In this document: positions 13,301 to 21,112 of the stretch, piece by piece
Layout of the letters: every line of letters begins with the position of its first letter
Numbering within the stretch: position 1 is the stretch's first letter
NCBI GenBank assembly: GCA_028717565.1
Contig: JAQUNP010000001.1
Coordinates: 112,997 to 176,996, forward strand
Direction of reading: 5' to 3'
From: Patescibacteria group bacterium
GTDB lineage: Bacteria > Patescibacteriota > Kazan-3B-28
Length of the DNA: 64,000 nt
Position numbers and translations under genes: made by a program
Notes under the pieces: model-generated
Seen by the model: the letters and a program-made list of their open reading frames with translations, nothing else
What the model was told of the DNA's origin: nothing
Databases searched by the model: none

Positions 13301-13814
13301 GTTCTGGAATTATCTTAGTTCCGTACTGGCCATGTTTGAGACCATCCTCACGTGCAAAAAGCACACCACTAGAGCGTACTAATTGAGAGACAACCACACG
13401 TTCAACACCGTTAATAATAAAGGTGCCGGACTGACTCATAACCGGAATATCACCTAAGAAAACTTCTTGCTCCTTAATCTCTCCTGTCCCCTTGTTGACC
13501 AAGCGTAGTTTTACTCGCAAAGATGCTTCAAAAGTAGCGTAGCGTTCTCTGGCTTCTTTTTCAGTAAACTTGGGTTCCTCGAAATAATAGTCAACAAAAT
13601 GTAGCTCTAAGTTTTTCCCCGTCAGGTCTTCAATGGGATTTATTTCATCAAAAAGCTCCTGCAAACCAGTGCGGAGGAAGTATTCATATGAACGACGCTG
13701 CAGATTATTTAACTCTGGCAGGGAGGGGGATTTTTTGGGATCAGCGTACCATTTATCTTTGTAGTGATCGTTGTTTGTAATTAAAATATTGGGCTCTAAA
13801 TTTTTTGGGGACAT
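10389..13814 (-). CDS. rpoB: DNA-directed RNA polymerase beta subunit
   Basis: 1141 aa with conserved beta-subunit blocks. Directly upstream of rpoC. Confidence 0.97.
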   Translation of the reverse strand: MSPKNLEPNILITNNDHYKDKWYADPKKSPSLPELNNLQRRSYEYFLRTGLQELFDEINPIEDLTGKNLELHFVDYYFEEPKFTEKEARERYATFEASLRVKLRLVNKGTGEIKEQEVFLGDIPVMSQSGTFIINGVERVVVSQLVRSSGVLFAREDGLKHGQYGTKIIPERGAWLELETNSKGVVSVKIDRKRKTFVTTILRAFGVGSDAELIEMFADVDTDPKMNFIKNTIEKDPAKSTDQALLEVYKKIRPGDLATVENARTLFVNTFQNFRRYDLGAVGRYKINKRLDLTSANDRKHRVLTLEDLVAITKEIIRLNNEGGLADDVDHLKNRRVRAVGELMQNKFRTGLLRVERIVKDRMSVSDISTLTPAQLINARPISAVMQEFFGSSQLSQFMDQVNPLSELEHKRRLSAMGPGGLSRERAGFDVRDVHTSHYGRICPIQTPEGQNIGLVGHLASYAKVNEYGFIETPYRRVISAVPNDGKSVIGRTIHKDIVDPKTKNILVPSKTVATETLAKKLIKVAGLDLIPVTTFVTNDVQYVDAYIEEKTGIAQANIPLDDEGHVLSQYVPARLGGEPETLSIGRISYMDVSPKQILSVTTSLIPFVEHDDAKRALMGSNMQRQAVPLVKPNVPIVSTGVEWDAALGSGWVLTAPEDGTIKYVDGSKIEFMPKGKRKSIVFELIKFSRSNDETNLNQTPIVCEGDVVKKGQPLCDGPAIKNSRLALGKNVLVAFMSWGGSNYEDAIIISDRLVEDDEFTSIHIKREEIDVRDTKLGPEITTRDIPNVGEDAVADLDEDGIIRIGAKVKSRNILVGKITPKGETELTSEERLLRAIFGEKIKDVKDTSLTMPHGGYGKVIGVQIFDADKGDKLEVGVLKKIYVYIAQMRKISVGDKLAGRHGNKGVIAKIVPQADMPFLEDGTPVDIILNPLGVISRMNLGQILETHLGWAAGKGGFNAINPVFEGINMDGIVDELKNADLPEKGKIQLYDGRTGEPFAQETTTGIIYMLKLNHMVDDKIHARSIGPYALVTQQPLGGKAQLGGQRFGEMEVWALEGYGAAHTLEEMLTIKSDDVQGRSRTYESIVKGEEIQTAHTPEAFNVIVKELQGLGLNVDVVDNEEDLKTPIGEQNKVASKLKKK

Positions 13815-13992
13815 AGAAAGCTCTCTCTTTGAAATGATGAATTATTCAAAAAGTATAGACCGGGAGCGACTCATTGAATGAGAGTCATAATTTCGACGAT
13901 AACCAAAACTGGCTATTTGGTCAACAATTAAAAACTCCGTTTATTATAGGAGCCCCCAAAGAGAAAAGCAACACCTTTTTTAAAAAAAGTTT

Positions 13993-14823
13993 TTAGCCGG
14001 TTTTAACCAGGAAAGTGTGTGATGCCGCTTCAAGGTTGTTAACCAAAACCGTAATCTCAAACGCCCCCTCTGGCCACAGTCGATCAGACCAAAGCTTGCC
14101 ATACCGGTCACGTTCTAGATCAACTACAATATCTTGGTCTTCATCCACTTCATAGCTGAAGGTGGCGAAGATGTTGTCCTCTTTAACATACCTGACTCGG
14201 ATCGATACTGCTGTACCCGCATCAGCCCCGCGAATGTTGGTTTGAACAAAGATGTCATCAACATTACGCGCAAAAGTAGTTTGTGCATCACTAATCTTAA
14301 AATCATCATCCAGAGCGCTCGCGGTGCTAATCTTGTGAACAATGGCGGCCAGCTCTCCAGCCAAGGCCTCGTTGTCTGGGACGATATCAAACATGACAGA
14401 TTTGGCCGGATTGTTGTTGACTAATACCTCGACCTTATATTCCCCTAGCGCCCAAGTTAGATCATTTTTTTTGATGCTGGAAGCTAAGAAGCTGGACTTG
14501 GCACCTGCCTGATAGTCAAATTTATTGGCGCTACTGCGCTGACCCACAAAGTCCTCACTGGCAATTAACTCACTGGGCCAGCGGTACCATCTAACTCGGA
14601 TGCGCGTAGTTGGTGTTGGATCAAAAACTTCAACCGCAGCGTAAATAGTTTCTGTACTAGCGGCCACCTTGGCCAACTCGTTGCTGGGTTGGTTATAAAG
14701 ATTGAGACCAGTAGCAATAGCCACCTGCCCTATATTTGTAGAGCTGATGTCGCGGGAGCAGCTAGCTGCCCCCAAGGTAAACCATAAAGCTACCACTAAC
14801 AAGCTGACCTTAAAGAATTTCAT
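13993..14823 (-). CDS. Secreted protein or lipoprotein with two internally repeated beta-rich domains
   Basis: N-terminal signal MKFFKVSLLVVALWFTLGAASC. Two repeats end in ...YKVEVLVNNNPA... and ...FEITVLVNNLEA.... Confidence 0.6.
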   Translation of the reverse strand: MKFFKVSLLVVALWFTLGAASCSRDISSTNIGQVAIATGLNLYNQPSNELAKVAASTETIYAAVEVFDPTPTTRIRVRWYRWPSELIASEDFVGQRSSANKFDYQAGAKSSFLASSIKKNDLTWALGEYKVEVLVNNNPAKSVMFDIVPDNEALAGELAAIVHKISTASALDDDFKISDAQTTFARNVDDIFVQTNIRGADAGTAVSIRVRYVKEDNIFATFSYEVDEDQDIVVDLERDRYGKLWSDRLWPEGAFEITVLVNNLEAASHTFLVKTG

Positions 14824-15713
14824 AGATTCATTTCTCTTAAGCGTTTAACGCGCTCTTCGATGGGCGGATGCGTCGAGAACCAACTGCGCGCCCCTGTCTT
14901 TATCTTACCCTCAAATGGGCTGGCAATAAACAAGTGCGCCGTAGCGCGGTTAGCAGTTGGCATCCCTTGAGTAGTATCCGCGGCGATTTTCTCTAACGCA
15001 GCGGCCAGCCCTTCGGGATAGCGAGTCAGCATGGCACCTGATGCATCAGCCAGATACTCACGTCCGCGAGAAACGGCCAGCTGCAGAAGTTTCGCAAAAA
15101 GTGGTGCTAGAACTATCAAGACAATCGCTAGGACTGCTAACCAACCAGCTTCTTTGTTGTTACTAGACCGATTATTGTATAGCCGTACCCGAGTGAACCA
15201 ATCAGCTAGTAAAGTGACGATGCCTACCATAGTGATAGCTACCGTGGCTAGTAAGATATCATAGTTTTTTACATGGGAAAGCTCGTGAGCAATCACACCT
15301 TCCAGCTCCACCTTCTCAAGTTTTTCCAGTGCACCGGTGGTAAGAGCCACACTGGCATGTTTGGGATCGCGCCCGGTAGCAAAAGCGTTGATACTGGGGT
15401 CTTCCATAATGTAGAGCTTAGGGGTGAGCAGACCGGCAGTAATGCTTAAATTCTCCACTAAATGCATGGCCTGTCTTTCCGATAGATTGGTATCTGGCCT
15501 GACTGGGCGCGCCCGACTTGCCGAAAGAGCGATGGCGTCGCTCTTGAAATATCCCACCCAGTTCATAATCAGCGCAAAAACTACCGCACCGATAACGATG
15601 GAAATATCCTCGTAAATATATGCAAATAGATAGCCCACCCCGACTACAACCACGAAGAACATGGCCATAATGAAAATCGTTCTCTCACGATTCTGCGCTA
15701 TCTCTTTATACAT
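14820..15713 (-). CDS. htpX: Zn-dependent protease HtpX (M48 family)
   Basis: HELSHVKNYD HExxH motif, N-terminal TM pairs, and a C-terminal ...STHPPIEERV tail. Confidence 0.85.
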   Translation of the reverse strand: MYKEIAQNRERTIFIMAMFFVVVVGVGYLFAYIYEDISIVIGAVVFALIMNWVGYFKSDAIALSASRARPVRPDTNLSERQAMHLVENLSITAGLLTPKLYIMEDPSINAFATGRDPKHASVALTTGALEKLEKVELEGVIAHELSHVKNYDILLATVAITMVGIVTLLADWFTRVRLYNNRSSNNKEAGWLAVLAIVLIVLAPLFAKLLQLAVSRGREYLADASGAMLTRYPEGLAAALEKIAADTTQGMPTANRATAHLFIASPFEGKIKTGARSWFSTHPPIEERVKRLREMNL

Positions 15714-15722
15714 TGCTCCTCT

Positions 15723-16376
15723 TTATTGCGGTGGCTCGTCGTTGTGTGGTGGCATCGGGGGGGCGGGCGGTGTTGGCGGTGTTGGTCCAGGAGCTCCCGT
15801 CTGTGTAGGTGGCTGAGGTGCTCCGTGGTTGAACTCAACTCTTGGTACCTCGCGAGTAGCTACATCATCAATTTCGAATAAATCACGCTTGGCGAATTTG
15901 AACCAGCTAGCGATGATGCTAGTCGGGAAAATCTCCGTCCGAATATTGTAATCACGAACATTAGTATTGTAGAACCGGCGGGCAGACATAATTTTGTTCT
16001 CCGTATCTGACAATTCTTCCTGCAAAGCCAAAAAGTTCTGATTGGCTTTTAGCTCCGGATAGTTTTCAACCACGGCGAACAGAGATTTCAGCGCTCCAGT
16101 CAGTACATTTTCGGAAGCGGCCTTTTCCTCCATGTTTTGAGCACCCATCGCTTGAGTCCGAGCCTGGGTAACTTTTTCTAACAGCTCACGCTCATGTGTA
16201 GCATAGCCCTGAACGGTGCTCACTAAGTTCGGAATCAAATCATGCCGACGCTTCAGTTGCACATCAATATCGCTCTCGGCCTCATTGACCCGATTTTTAA
16301 GAATAACCAAGCCATTGAACATAGTGATTATCCAACCTGCAATAATCACCAGCACAACAATAATAAACCAAGTCAT
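15723..16376 (-). CDS. lemA: LemA family protein with a proline-rich C-terminus
   Basis: N-terminal TM, then ...ESDIDVQLKRRHDLIPNLV...ENYPELKANQNF, a LemA signature. LemA-HtpX adjacency is common. Confidence 0.85.
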   Translation of the reverse strand: MTWFIIVVLVIIAGWIITMFNGLVILKNRVNEAESDIDVQLKRRHDLIPNLVSTVQGYATHERELLEKVTQARTQAMGAQNMEEKAASENVLTGALKSLFAVVENYPELKANQNFLALQEELSDTENKIMSARRFYNTNVRDYNIRTEIFPTSIIASWFKFAKRDLFEIDDVATREVPRVEFNHGAPQPPTQTGAPGPTPPTPPAPPMPPHNDEPPQ

Positions 16377-16403
16377 AATACTACCTCTTGTTTAAAAAAT
16401 TAA

Positions 16404-16988
16404 TTACTCTCCTTTACTAATGTGAAGGAAAATCGGCAAATAGACAATCTTTTGCAGCTCGGAGAAGGTTAGGTAACGACCCCACTGTTCTTCCCACCAA
16501 CCGTTTTTTCGCCAAGCGCTGTCAGTAGCAGAGTGATTGATAATTTGGATATCGTTACCTAAAAAGGCCCTGAAGGAAAGATAAGCCCGGCGTTGGTGAT
16601 ATGGCGAGGTGACCAAGATAATGGATCCAATGTGGTTGTTTCGCACAATGTCTCTGACGTATTGTGCATTTTCCAGAGTAGTTTCGGCTTCCTCTTCCAA
16701 AAGAATCGCTTCGGCTGGCACCCCCGCCTGAATAGCCAGTTGCCTCATCATCAATGCATTGGAGGTACCTTCATCTCGGGCGGCGCCCGACATAATCATG
16801 AGCGGCGCCCACTGCTCATTGAATAGTTTAGCTCCTTCAGCCACTCGTAAATCGGTCTCTCCCCCACTGACGACTACAATCGCATCCGCTGGTGTTAGGG
16901 CATTTTGCGGAGAAAGGTAAAAGCCCGCGCCAACCACTAGCGTGATAAACATCCCCCCTATTATCAGTAGCGCGACCGCATATCTCAT
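16404..16988 (-). CDS. DUF218 / YdcF-ElyC-SanA family protein
   Basis: Motif VVVSGGETDL...IMSGAA...VTSPYHQRRA. Confidence 0.75.
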   Translation of the reverse strand: MRYAVALLIIGGMFITLVVGAGFYLSPQNALTPADAIVVVSGGETDLRVAEGAKLFNEQWAPLMIMSGAARDEGTSNALMMRQLAIQAGVPAEAILLEEEAETTLENAQYVRDIVRNNHIGSIILVTSPYHQRRAYLSFRAFLGNDIQIINHSATDSAWRKNGWWEEQWGRYLTFSELQKIVYLPIFLHISKGE

Positions 16989-16991
16989 GCT

Positions 16992-17393
16992 CTATGGCAG
17001 TTTGAGTTCCTGACCAACTGACAAACTGTAGGGCGGTTCAAGGTCATTTAACTCAGCTAGTTTCTCCGTAGTCGAGCCAACTTCAACAGCTATCCCAAAC
17101 AGGGTGTCACCGGATTGCACAGTATAGGTACCTGTACTCTTAAGTTTAATAGATGCCTCTGGAGTTGGGGTGGTATCTGGTGATTGAACGCTCGTCGCGG
17201 CAGTTTCAGTATTGGGGTTTACAATGCCAAGCGGTCGAATGAACATGGTGGCAATCAGCCCCCTGAAAGCAAATACTAAAAAGATTAGCGATAGGAAAAC
17301 TGCCCATAAAACTAAGAAAGAAAACGGCGCCTCTTGGAAACGACGCTTAATTTTGTAGCCGTATCGTCTGGCTGTATGTGGAATACGTGCCAT
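16992..17393 (-). CDS. LysM domain membrane protein
   Basis: N-terminal TM. C-terminal LysM YTVQSGDTLFGIA...ELNDLEPPYSLSVGQELKLP. Confidence 0.7.
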   Translation of the reverse strand: MARIPHTARRYGYKIKRRFQEAPFSFLVLWAVFLSLIFLVFAFRGLIATMFIRPLGIVNPNTETAATSVQSPDTTPTPEASIKLKSTGTYTVQSGDTLFGIAVEVGSTTEKLAELNDLEPPYSLSVGQELKLP

Positions 17394-17559
17394 ACCCTGT
17401 AGAAGATTTTAGAAAATAATACTCTTGGTTGGGTGCAGTGAATCACACCCAGTATTGCCCACGGAAGATACATACTTATCATTCCGAATAGATTATCGCA
17501 TTATTCGAAACAATTCTAAAATTCTCTACGGGGCATAGATATATAGTATCCTACTTAGC

Positions 17560-17645
17560 TGGTGGGCGGGAGAGGATTTGAACCTCCACGGGATTGCTCC
17601 CACTACGACCTGAACGTAGCGCGTCTACCGTTCCGCCACCCGCCC
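17560..17645 (-). tRNA. tRNA-Leu(CAG), type II with a long variable arm
   Basis: Reverse complement reads GGGCGGGTGGCGGAACGGTAGACGCG CTACG TTCAGGT CGTAG ... GGTTCAAATCC ... CCCACCA. Confidence 0.85.
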
Positions 17646-17756
17646 AAACACGAATTAAAGGTTTAAGGCCCATCTTCGTATGAATCCTCCACCGAGGCGG
17701 TCTTCTTGCCTCCTGGCGTTAGCCAGGCGTAGTCCCGACAGAGTCGGGACGAAGAC

Positions 17757-17842
17757 TGGTGGGCAGGGTGGGACTCGAACCCACAAGGTCTTACGACCAA
17801 GAGATTTTAAGTCTCTCGTGTATACCATTCCACCACCTGCCC
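17757..17842 (-). tRNA. tRNA-Leu(TAA)
   Basis: Reverse complement reads GGGCAGGTGGTGGAATGGTATACACG AGAGA CTTAAAA TCTCT ... GGTTCGAGTCC ... CCCACCA. Confidence 0.85.
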
Positions 17843-17845
17843 AGC

Positions 17846-17919
17846 TGGAGGCCTGGAGCGGAGTCGAACCGCTGTACAGGGTTTTGCAGACCCTTGCCTA
17901 ACCGCTCGGCCACCAGGCC
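17846..17919 (-). tRNA. tRNA-Cys(GCA)
   Basis: Reverse complement reads GGCCTGGTGGCCGAGCGGTTAGGCAAGGGTCTGCAAAACCC ... GGTTCGACTCC ... CCTCCA. Confidence 0.85.
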
Positions 17920-17983
17920 ACCGTTTGATGAACCAATGACTGAAAACCTCACAGCCACTGGATTAATTATTAAAGTTTTTTTA

Positions 17984-18060
17984 TGGAGCGGCAGACCGGA
18001 CTCGAACCGGCGACCTTTTCCTTGGCAAGGAAACGTTCTACCAACTGAACTACTGCCGCA
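17984..18060 (-). tRNA. tRNA-Gly(GCC)
   Basis: Reverse complement reads GCGGCAGTAGTTCAGTTGGTAGAACG TTTCC TTGCCAA GGAAA ... GGTTCGAGTCC ... CTCCA. Confidence 0.85.
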
Positions 18061-18136
18061 TGGTGCCGAGGGAGTGAATCGAACACTCGACACGATGCTC
18101 TTCAGGCATCTGCTCTACCACTGAGCTACCTCGGCG
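18061..18136 (-). tRNA. tRNA-Phe(GAA)
   Basis: Reverse complement reads GCCGAGGTAGCTCAGTGGTAGAGC AGATG CCTGAAG AGCATC ... GTTCGATTC ... CACCA. Confidence 0.85.
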
Positions 18137-18174
18137 TAACATATCAATATTACAACAATTTGTTCAATCCTCAT

Positions 18175-18642
18175 TTAGTCTAGCGTTTCTAGATAAACTG
18201 GAACACCAGTATCGATAGATGCAAGTGCGGGGGGCAACCGTTTCGCCATATCTGAACTGATCATGGTCAGGGCTGTCGCCAAATCAACGAACTGGTAAGC
18301 TTCGATTTCCTGCTTGGCCAGCCGGATTCGGGCAATCTCTTCTGCACTCAGAACACCACCGTAAAATAAGAACTGCAGACTTTCGCCCTTATTGTTATTG
18401 CGATTAGCGAAATAACCGACTGACAAAAATTGCAATGAAGTGGGAGTCAATCCAATTTCCTCCTGGATTTCGCGGATACAGGCGGCCTTGGGTGATTCTT
18501 GACTATCTACAACTCCGCCGGGGATACCCCAGTGGTCTTTATAGACCGGCTTCAGTAACAAAATCTTGTGTGTCGTGTCCATAAACAACACCCCGGCTCC
18601 CATGCGTTTCTTGGGCAAGTTGTCGTAATAATTTTCGGTCAT
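18175..18642 (-). CDS. NUDIX hydrolase
   Basis: Nudix box GGVVDSQESPKAACIREIQEEIG. The ORF runs to 18729 but that part overlaps tRNA-Val, so the start is more likely the internal Met (MTENYY...) at 18642. Confidence 0.8.
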   Translation of the reverse strand: MTENYYDNLPKKRMGAGVLFMDTTHKILLLKPVYKDHWGIPGGVVDSQESPKAACIREIQEEIGLTPTSLQFLSVGYFANRNNNKGESLQFLFYGGVLSAEEIARIRLAKQEIEAYQFVDLATALTMISSDMAKRLPPALASIDTGVPVYLETLD

Positions 18643-18649
18643 ATTCGAT

Positions 18650-18726
18650 TGGTGGGCGCGGAGGGATTCGAACCCCCGACCTTCCGGATGTAAGCCGACT
18701 GCTCTGACCAACTGAGCTACGCGCCC
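18650..18726 (-). tRNA. tRNA-Val(TAC)
   Basis: Reverse complement reads GGGCGCGTAGCTCAGTTGGTCAGAGCA GTCGG CTTACAT CCGGA ... GGTTCGAATCC ... CCCACCA. Confidence 0.85.
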
Positions 18727-18894
18727 CAAAACACATTTCTGATTTTATTCGGACTGTTCCGGCCCGCCGGAACTACGCGCCCCAAAACACATTTCTGATT
18801 TTATTCGGACTGTTCCGGCCCGCCGGAACTACGCGCCCCAAAACACATTTCTGATTTTATTCGGACTGTTCCGGCCCGCCGGAACTACGCGCCC
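18721..18894. repeat. Three perfect tandem copies of a 56-bp unit between tRNA-Val and tRNA-Leu
   Basis: The unit gcgccccaaaacacatttctgattttattcggactgttccggcccgccggaactac repeats at 18721, 18777 and 18833. Each copy starts with the first about 10 nt of tRNA-Val (5' end on the minus strand) and contains the palindrome GTTCCGGC-CC-GCCGGAAC. Confidence 0.9.
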
Positions 18895-18981
18895 TGGTGG
18901 GCAAGAGAGGACTCGAACCTCCACGGGTTTTACCCCACACGGCCCTTAACCGTGCGCGTATACCAATTCCGCCACTTGCCC
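18895..18981 (-). tRNA. tRNA-Leu, type II, with anticodon loop TTAAGGG (anticodon reads AAG)
   Basis: Reverse complement reads GGGCAAGTGGCGGAATTGGTATACGCG CACGG TTAAGGG CCGTG TGGGGTAAAACCCGTG GAGGTTCGAGTCC ... CCCACCA. Confidence 0.75.
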
Positions 18982-19006
18982 GCTTAAGAAAATTTTTAAG
19001 ACTTTT

Positions 19007-20620
19007 TTATTCTAACTCTTTTTTGATTTTGATGTACCAGTCAGAGATATTAGCGAATCTGTCAACTGGTGTCGCTAAGTTGATTTGGTCAGTCACACCT
19101 TTTACTTTGGTATCTACCAAATATAAGTATCTGGGCTGATAAAGCAAGATGGCTGGAACAGTTTGGGCGAAAGCTGTTTGGAATTGATGATAATACGTAA
19201 TGGTTTTGTTCAAGACGGTGGTAGTTCTAGCGGCTTCCAGATTATTATCTAAGTCCTTGTCAAAAGTCACAGCTAAGGCCAAACCTGGGTCAACAGTTTG
19301 ACTGCTGTGCCAATAAACATAGGGATCCGAATCCGCGCCTAAATCTTGGCCGAACAGCAAAACATCATAAGCTCGGGGCCGAATTGCGTCTTTGATGAGT
19401 GTCTGACTGTCCAACGGTTCAACTAAAACCTCTGCACCGATGGCTGTCCAACTCGAGCTTAAAAGCTCGGCAGTAGATACACTTTTCTCATCGTTGCGGA
19501 TGGTTAGAGTGAACTGCAAACGAGTATCATCTTTTTCCAAGACACCATCCTTGTCAACGTCTACCCAGCCATCTTTTTTTAACACCTCGGCTGCCTTAGC
19601 AATACTAAAGTCATAGGTTGCCAAATCTGGTTTATGTCCCCAGAAACCGGGCAAAATTGGTGAATTGGCTATATCCGCCCAGCCACCCTCCACTTCGTCA
19701 ACAATCAACTGCTTGTTGGTGGCATAGGCCAAGGCCTGGCGGACCGCCTGATTACGAATAGCATTATTCCCTCCGGCCTGATTAAAGAAGAGGCCTTTGT
19801 ATTGAGGCAGATTATAAACGAACTCATCAACACCGGGCAGATGACCAACATCGCTGGGTCCCAGCTGACTAAATCCAGCCGCCGAAATAGTGCGGTTTTT
19901 TAAGGATGCTAACATACTCTTTTCCGTATCAAAGAAAAAGAAAACTAACCGATCAATAAATGGCGCTTTGCCGTAATATCCCGAGAAGCGTTTGAGTGCA
20001 ATGGAGGTTACATCGGACGCCTTATCAATCATGAAAGGTCCGGTTCCCACTACCTGCTCTAGTTGATAAGCGGATTGAAAGTCACTTACTGGAATCGATT
20101 CCAGAATATGTTTCGGGACAATGCCAGTGGCTATGTCGTACAGAAAGAAGGCACTCGGGCTTGGCAAAGTAAACTTGACAGTGTAGTCGTCAATCTTTTC
20201 TACCGCCACGCCAGTCACAGCCCCACGCAAAACTCCTTGGAAATTCTCGTTTTGTAAAACATTGATGGTGTAAACCACATCGTCGGCTGTAAAGTCCACA
20301 CCATCATGCCATGTGACGTTATTCCGAAGATGAAAAACGTAGGTTTTGCCCTCGTCAAAGATTTCCCAGCTTTCTGCCAAATCTGGTAGAACTTCACGCG
20401 TTGGGCTAATTTGGGTCAGACCAGAATAAATAAATCTTACTAAGGTTTTATCAACTTGGTTGGTACCGGCCAGGACAGGATTAATATAGTTTGGAGCTCC
20501 AATCAGCCCTTCGATATGGACGCCCCCAGAGACGGCCTGCACGGTAGCATAACGAGCCCGTGTCAGACCAAGCCAACCGCTAGCTCCAATGATTACCGCC
20601 ATCAGTCCAACCAATATCAA
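19007..20620 (-). CDS. ABC-transporter family-5 (peptide/nickel, OppA/DppA-like) substrate-binding protein, orphan
   Basis: About 540-aa SBP_bac_5-like sequence with an N-terminal membrane anchor. No permease or ATPase genes are adjacent. The open frame continues upstream to 20756 without a canonical start codon. Confidence 0.8.
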   Translation of the reverse strand: MILVGLMAVIIGASGWLGLTRARYATVQAVSGGVHIEGLIGAPNYINPVLAGTNQVDKTLVRFIYSGLTQISPTREVLPDLAESWEIFDEGKTYVFHLRNNVTWHDGVDFTADDVVYTINVLQNENFQGVLRGAVTGVAVEKIDDYTVKFTLPSPSAFFLYDIATGIVPKHILESIPVSDFQSAYQLEQVVGTGPFMIDKASDVTSIALKRFSGYYGKAPFIDRLVFFFFDTEKSMLASLKNRTISAAGFSQLGPSDVGHLPGVDEFVYNLPQYKGLFFNQAGGNNAIRNQAVRQALAYATNKQLIVDEVEGGWADIANSPILPGFWGHKPDLATYDFSIAKAAEVLKKDGWVDVDKDGVLEKDDTRLQFTLTIRNDEKSVSTAELLSSSWTAIGAEVLVEPLDSQTLIKDAIRPRAYDVLLFGQDLGADSDPYVYWHSSQTVDPGLALAVTFDKDLDNNLEAARTTTVLNKTITYYHQFQTAFAQTVPAILLYQPRYLYLVDTKVKGVTDQINLATPVDRFANISDWYIKIKKELE

Positions 20621-20786
20621 CTTTTCGGTAGCCGAGAAGCTGCCATATAAACCAGTTAGCCAGCGTAGCGCTAGACCAAAAAATACCCTAAACCGAACCA
20701 GCCCAGAGATGACAGGGTGGGTATCATACTTAGACTTAAAACGTCTCAGCAGCTGAATGGTGCCTCCTTTAAAATCTTAGATAGTT

Positions 20787-21038
20787 TTAAAGAAAAATAA
20801 TCACGAACGAAAGTGCAACAAAAGCGACGGCCAGGCCAATGGTAATGTAATACAAAGTTTTCTCTGGACCACGGCGAACGCTATGAAAAGCATCGCTACC
20901 GCCGAAAGCAGCACCCAGGGAAGCGCCTCGATTCTGTAATAAAATGGCAACCACCATGAGGATGCCGACAATCACCTGCAAGGCAACGAAAAACTTTTGT
21001 AAATCCATGAAAAAAACATGAAAAAATATGGCTTTCAA
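20787..21038 (-). CDS. secG: Preprotein translocase subunit SecG
   Basis: Motif ILLQNRGASLGAAFGGSDAFHSVRRGPEKTL flanked by two TM segments. The start may be the second Met, at 21008. Confidence 0.7.
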   Translation of the reverse strand: MKAIFFHVFFMDLQKFFVALQVIVGILMVVAILLQNRGASLGAAFGGSDAFHSVRRGPEKTLYYITIGLAVAFVALSFVIIFL

Positions 21039-21112
21039 ACTAATCTATTCTAATCTTAAAAGGAGTAAAAAGTAAAGCCACTCTTTACTTTTTTGACCCT
21101 AGCCCTATATAA

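Noticed and set aside
18643-18729. N-terminal 29 codons of the ORF 18175..18729 (MGRVAQLVRAVGLHPEGRGFESLRAHQSN)
   Set aside because: This segment is the antisense of tRNA-Val(TAC). The NUDIX gene most plausibly starts at the internal Met at 18642.
18721-18894. Possible CRISPR array (regularly spaced repeats)
   Set aside because: The 56-bp units are directly abutting with no unique spacers, and there are no cas genes nearby. This is a simple tandem repeat.
18897-19139. 80-aa plus-strand ORF (MGKRGLEPPRV...)
   Set aside because: It is antisense to tRNA-Leu(AAG). The proline/arginine-rich translation is typical of tRNA read-through artefacts.
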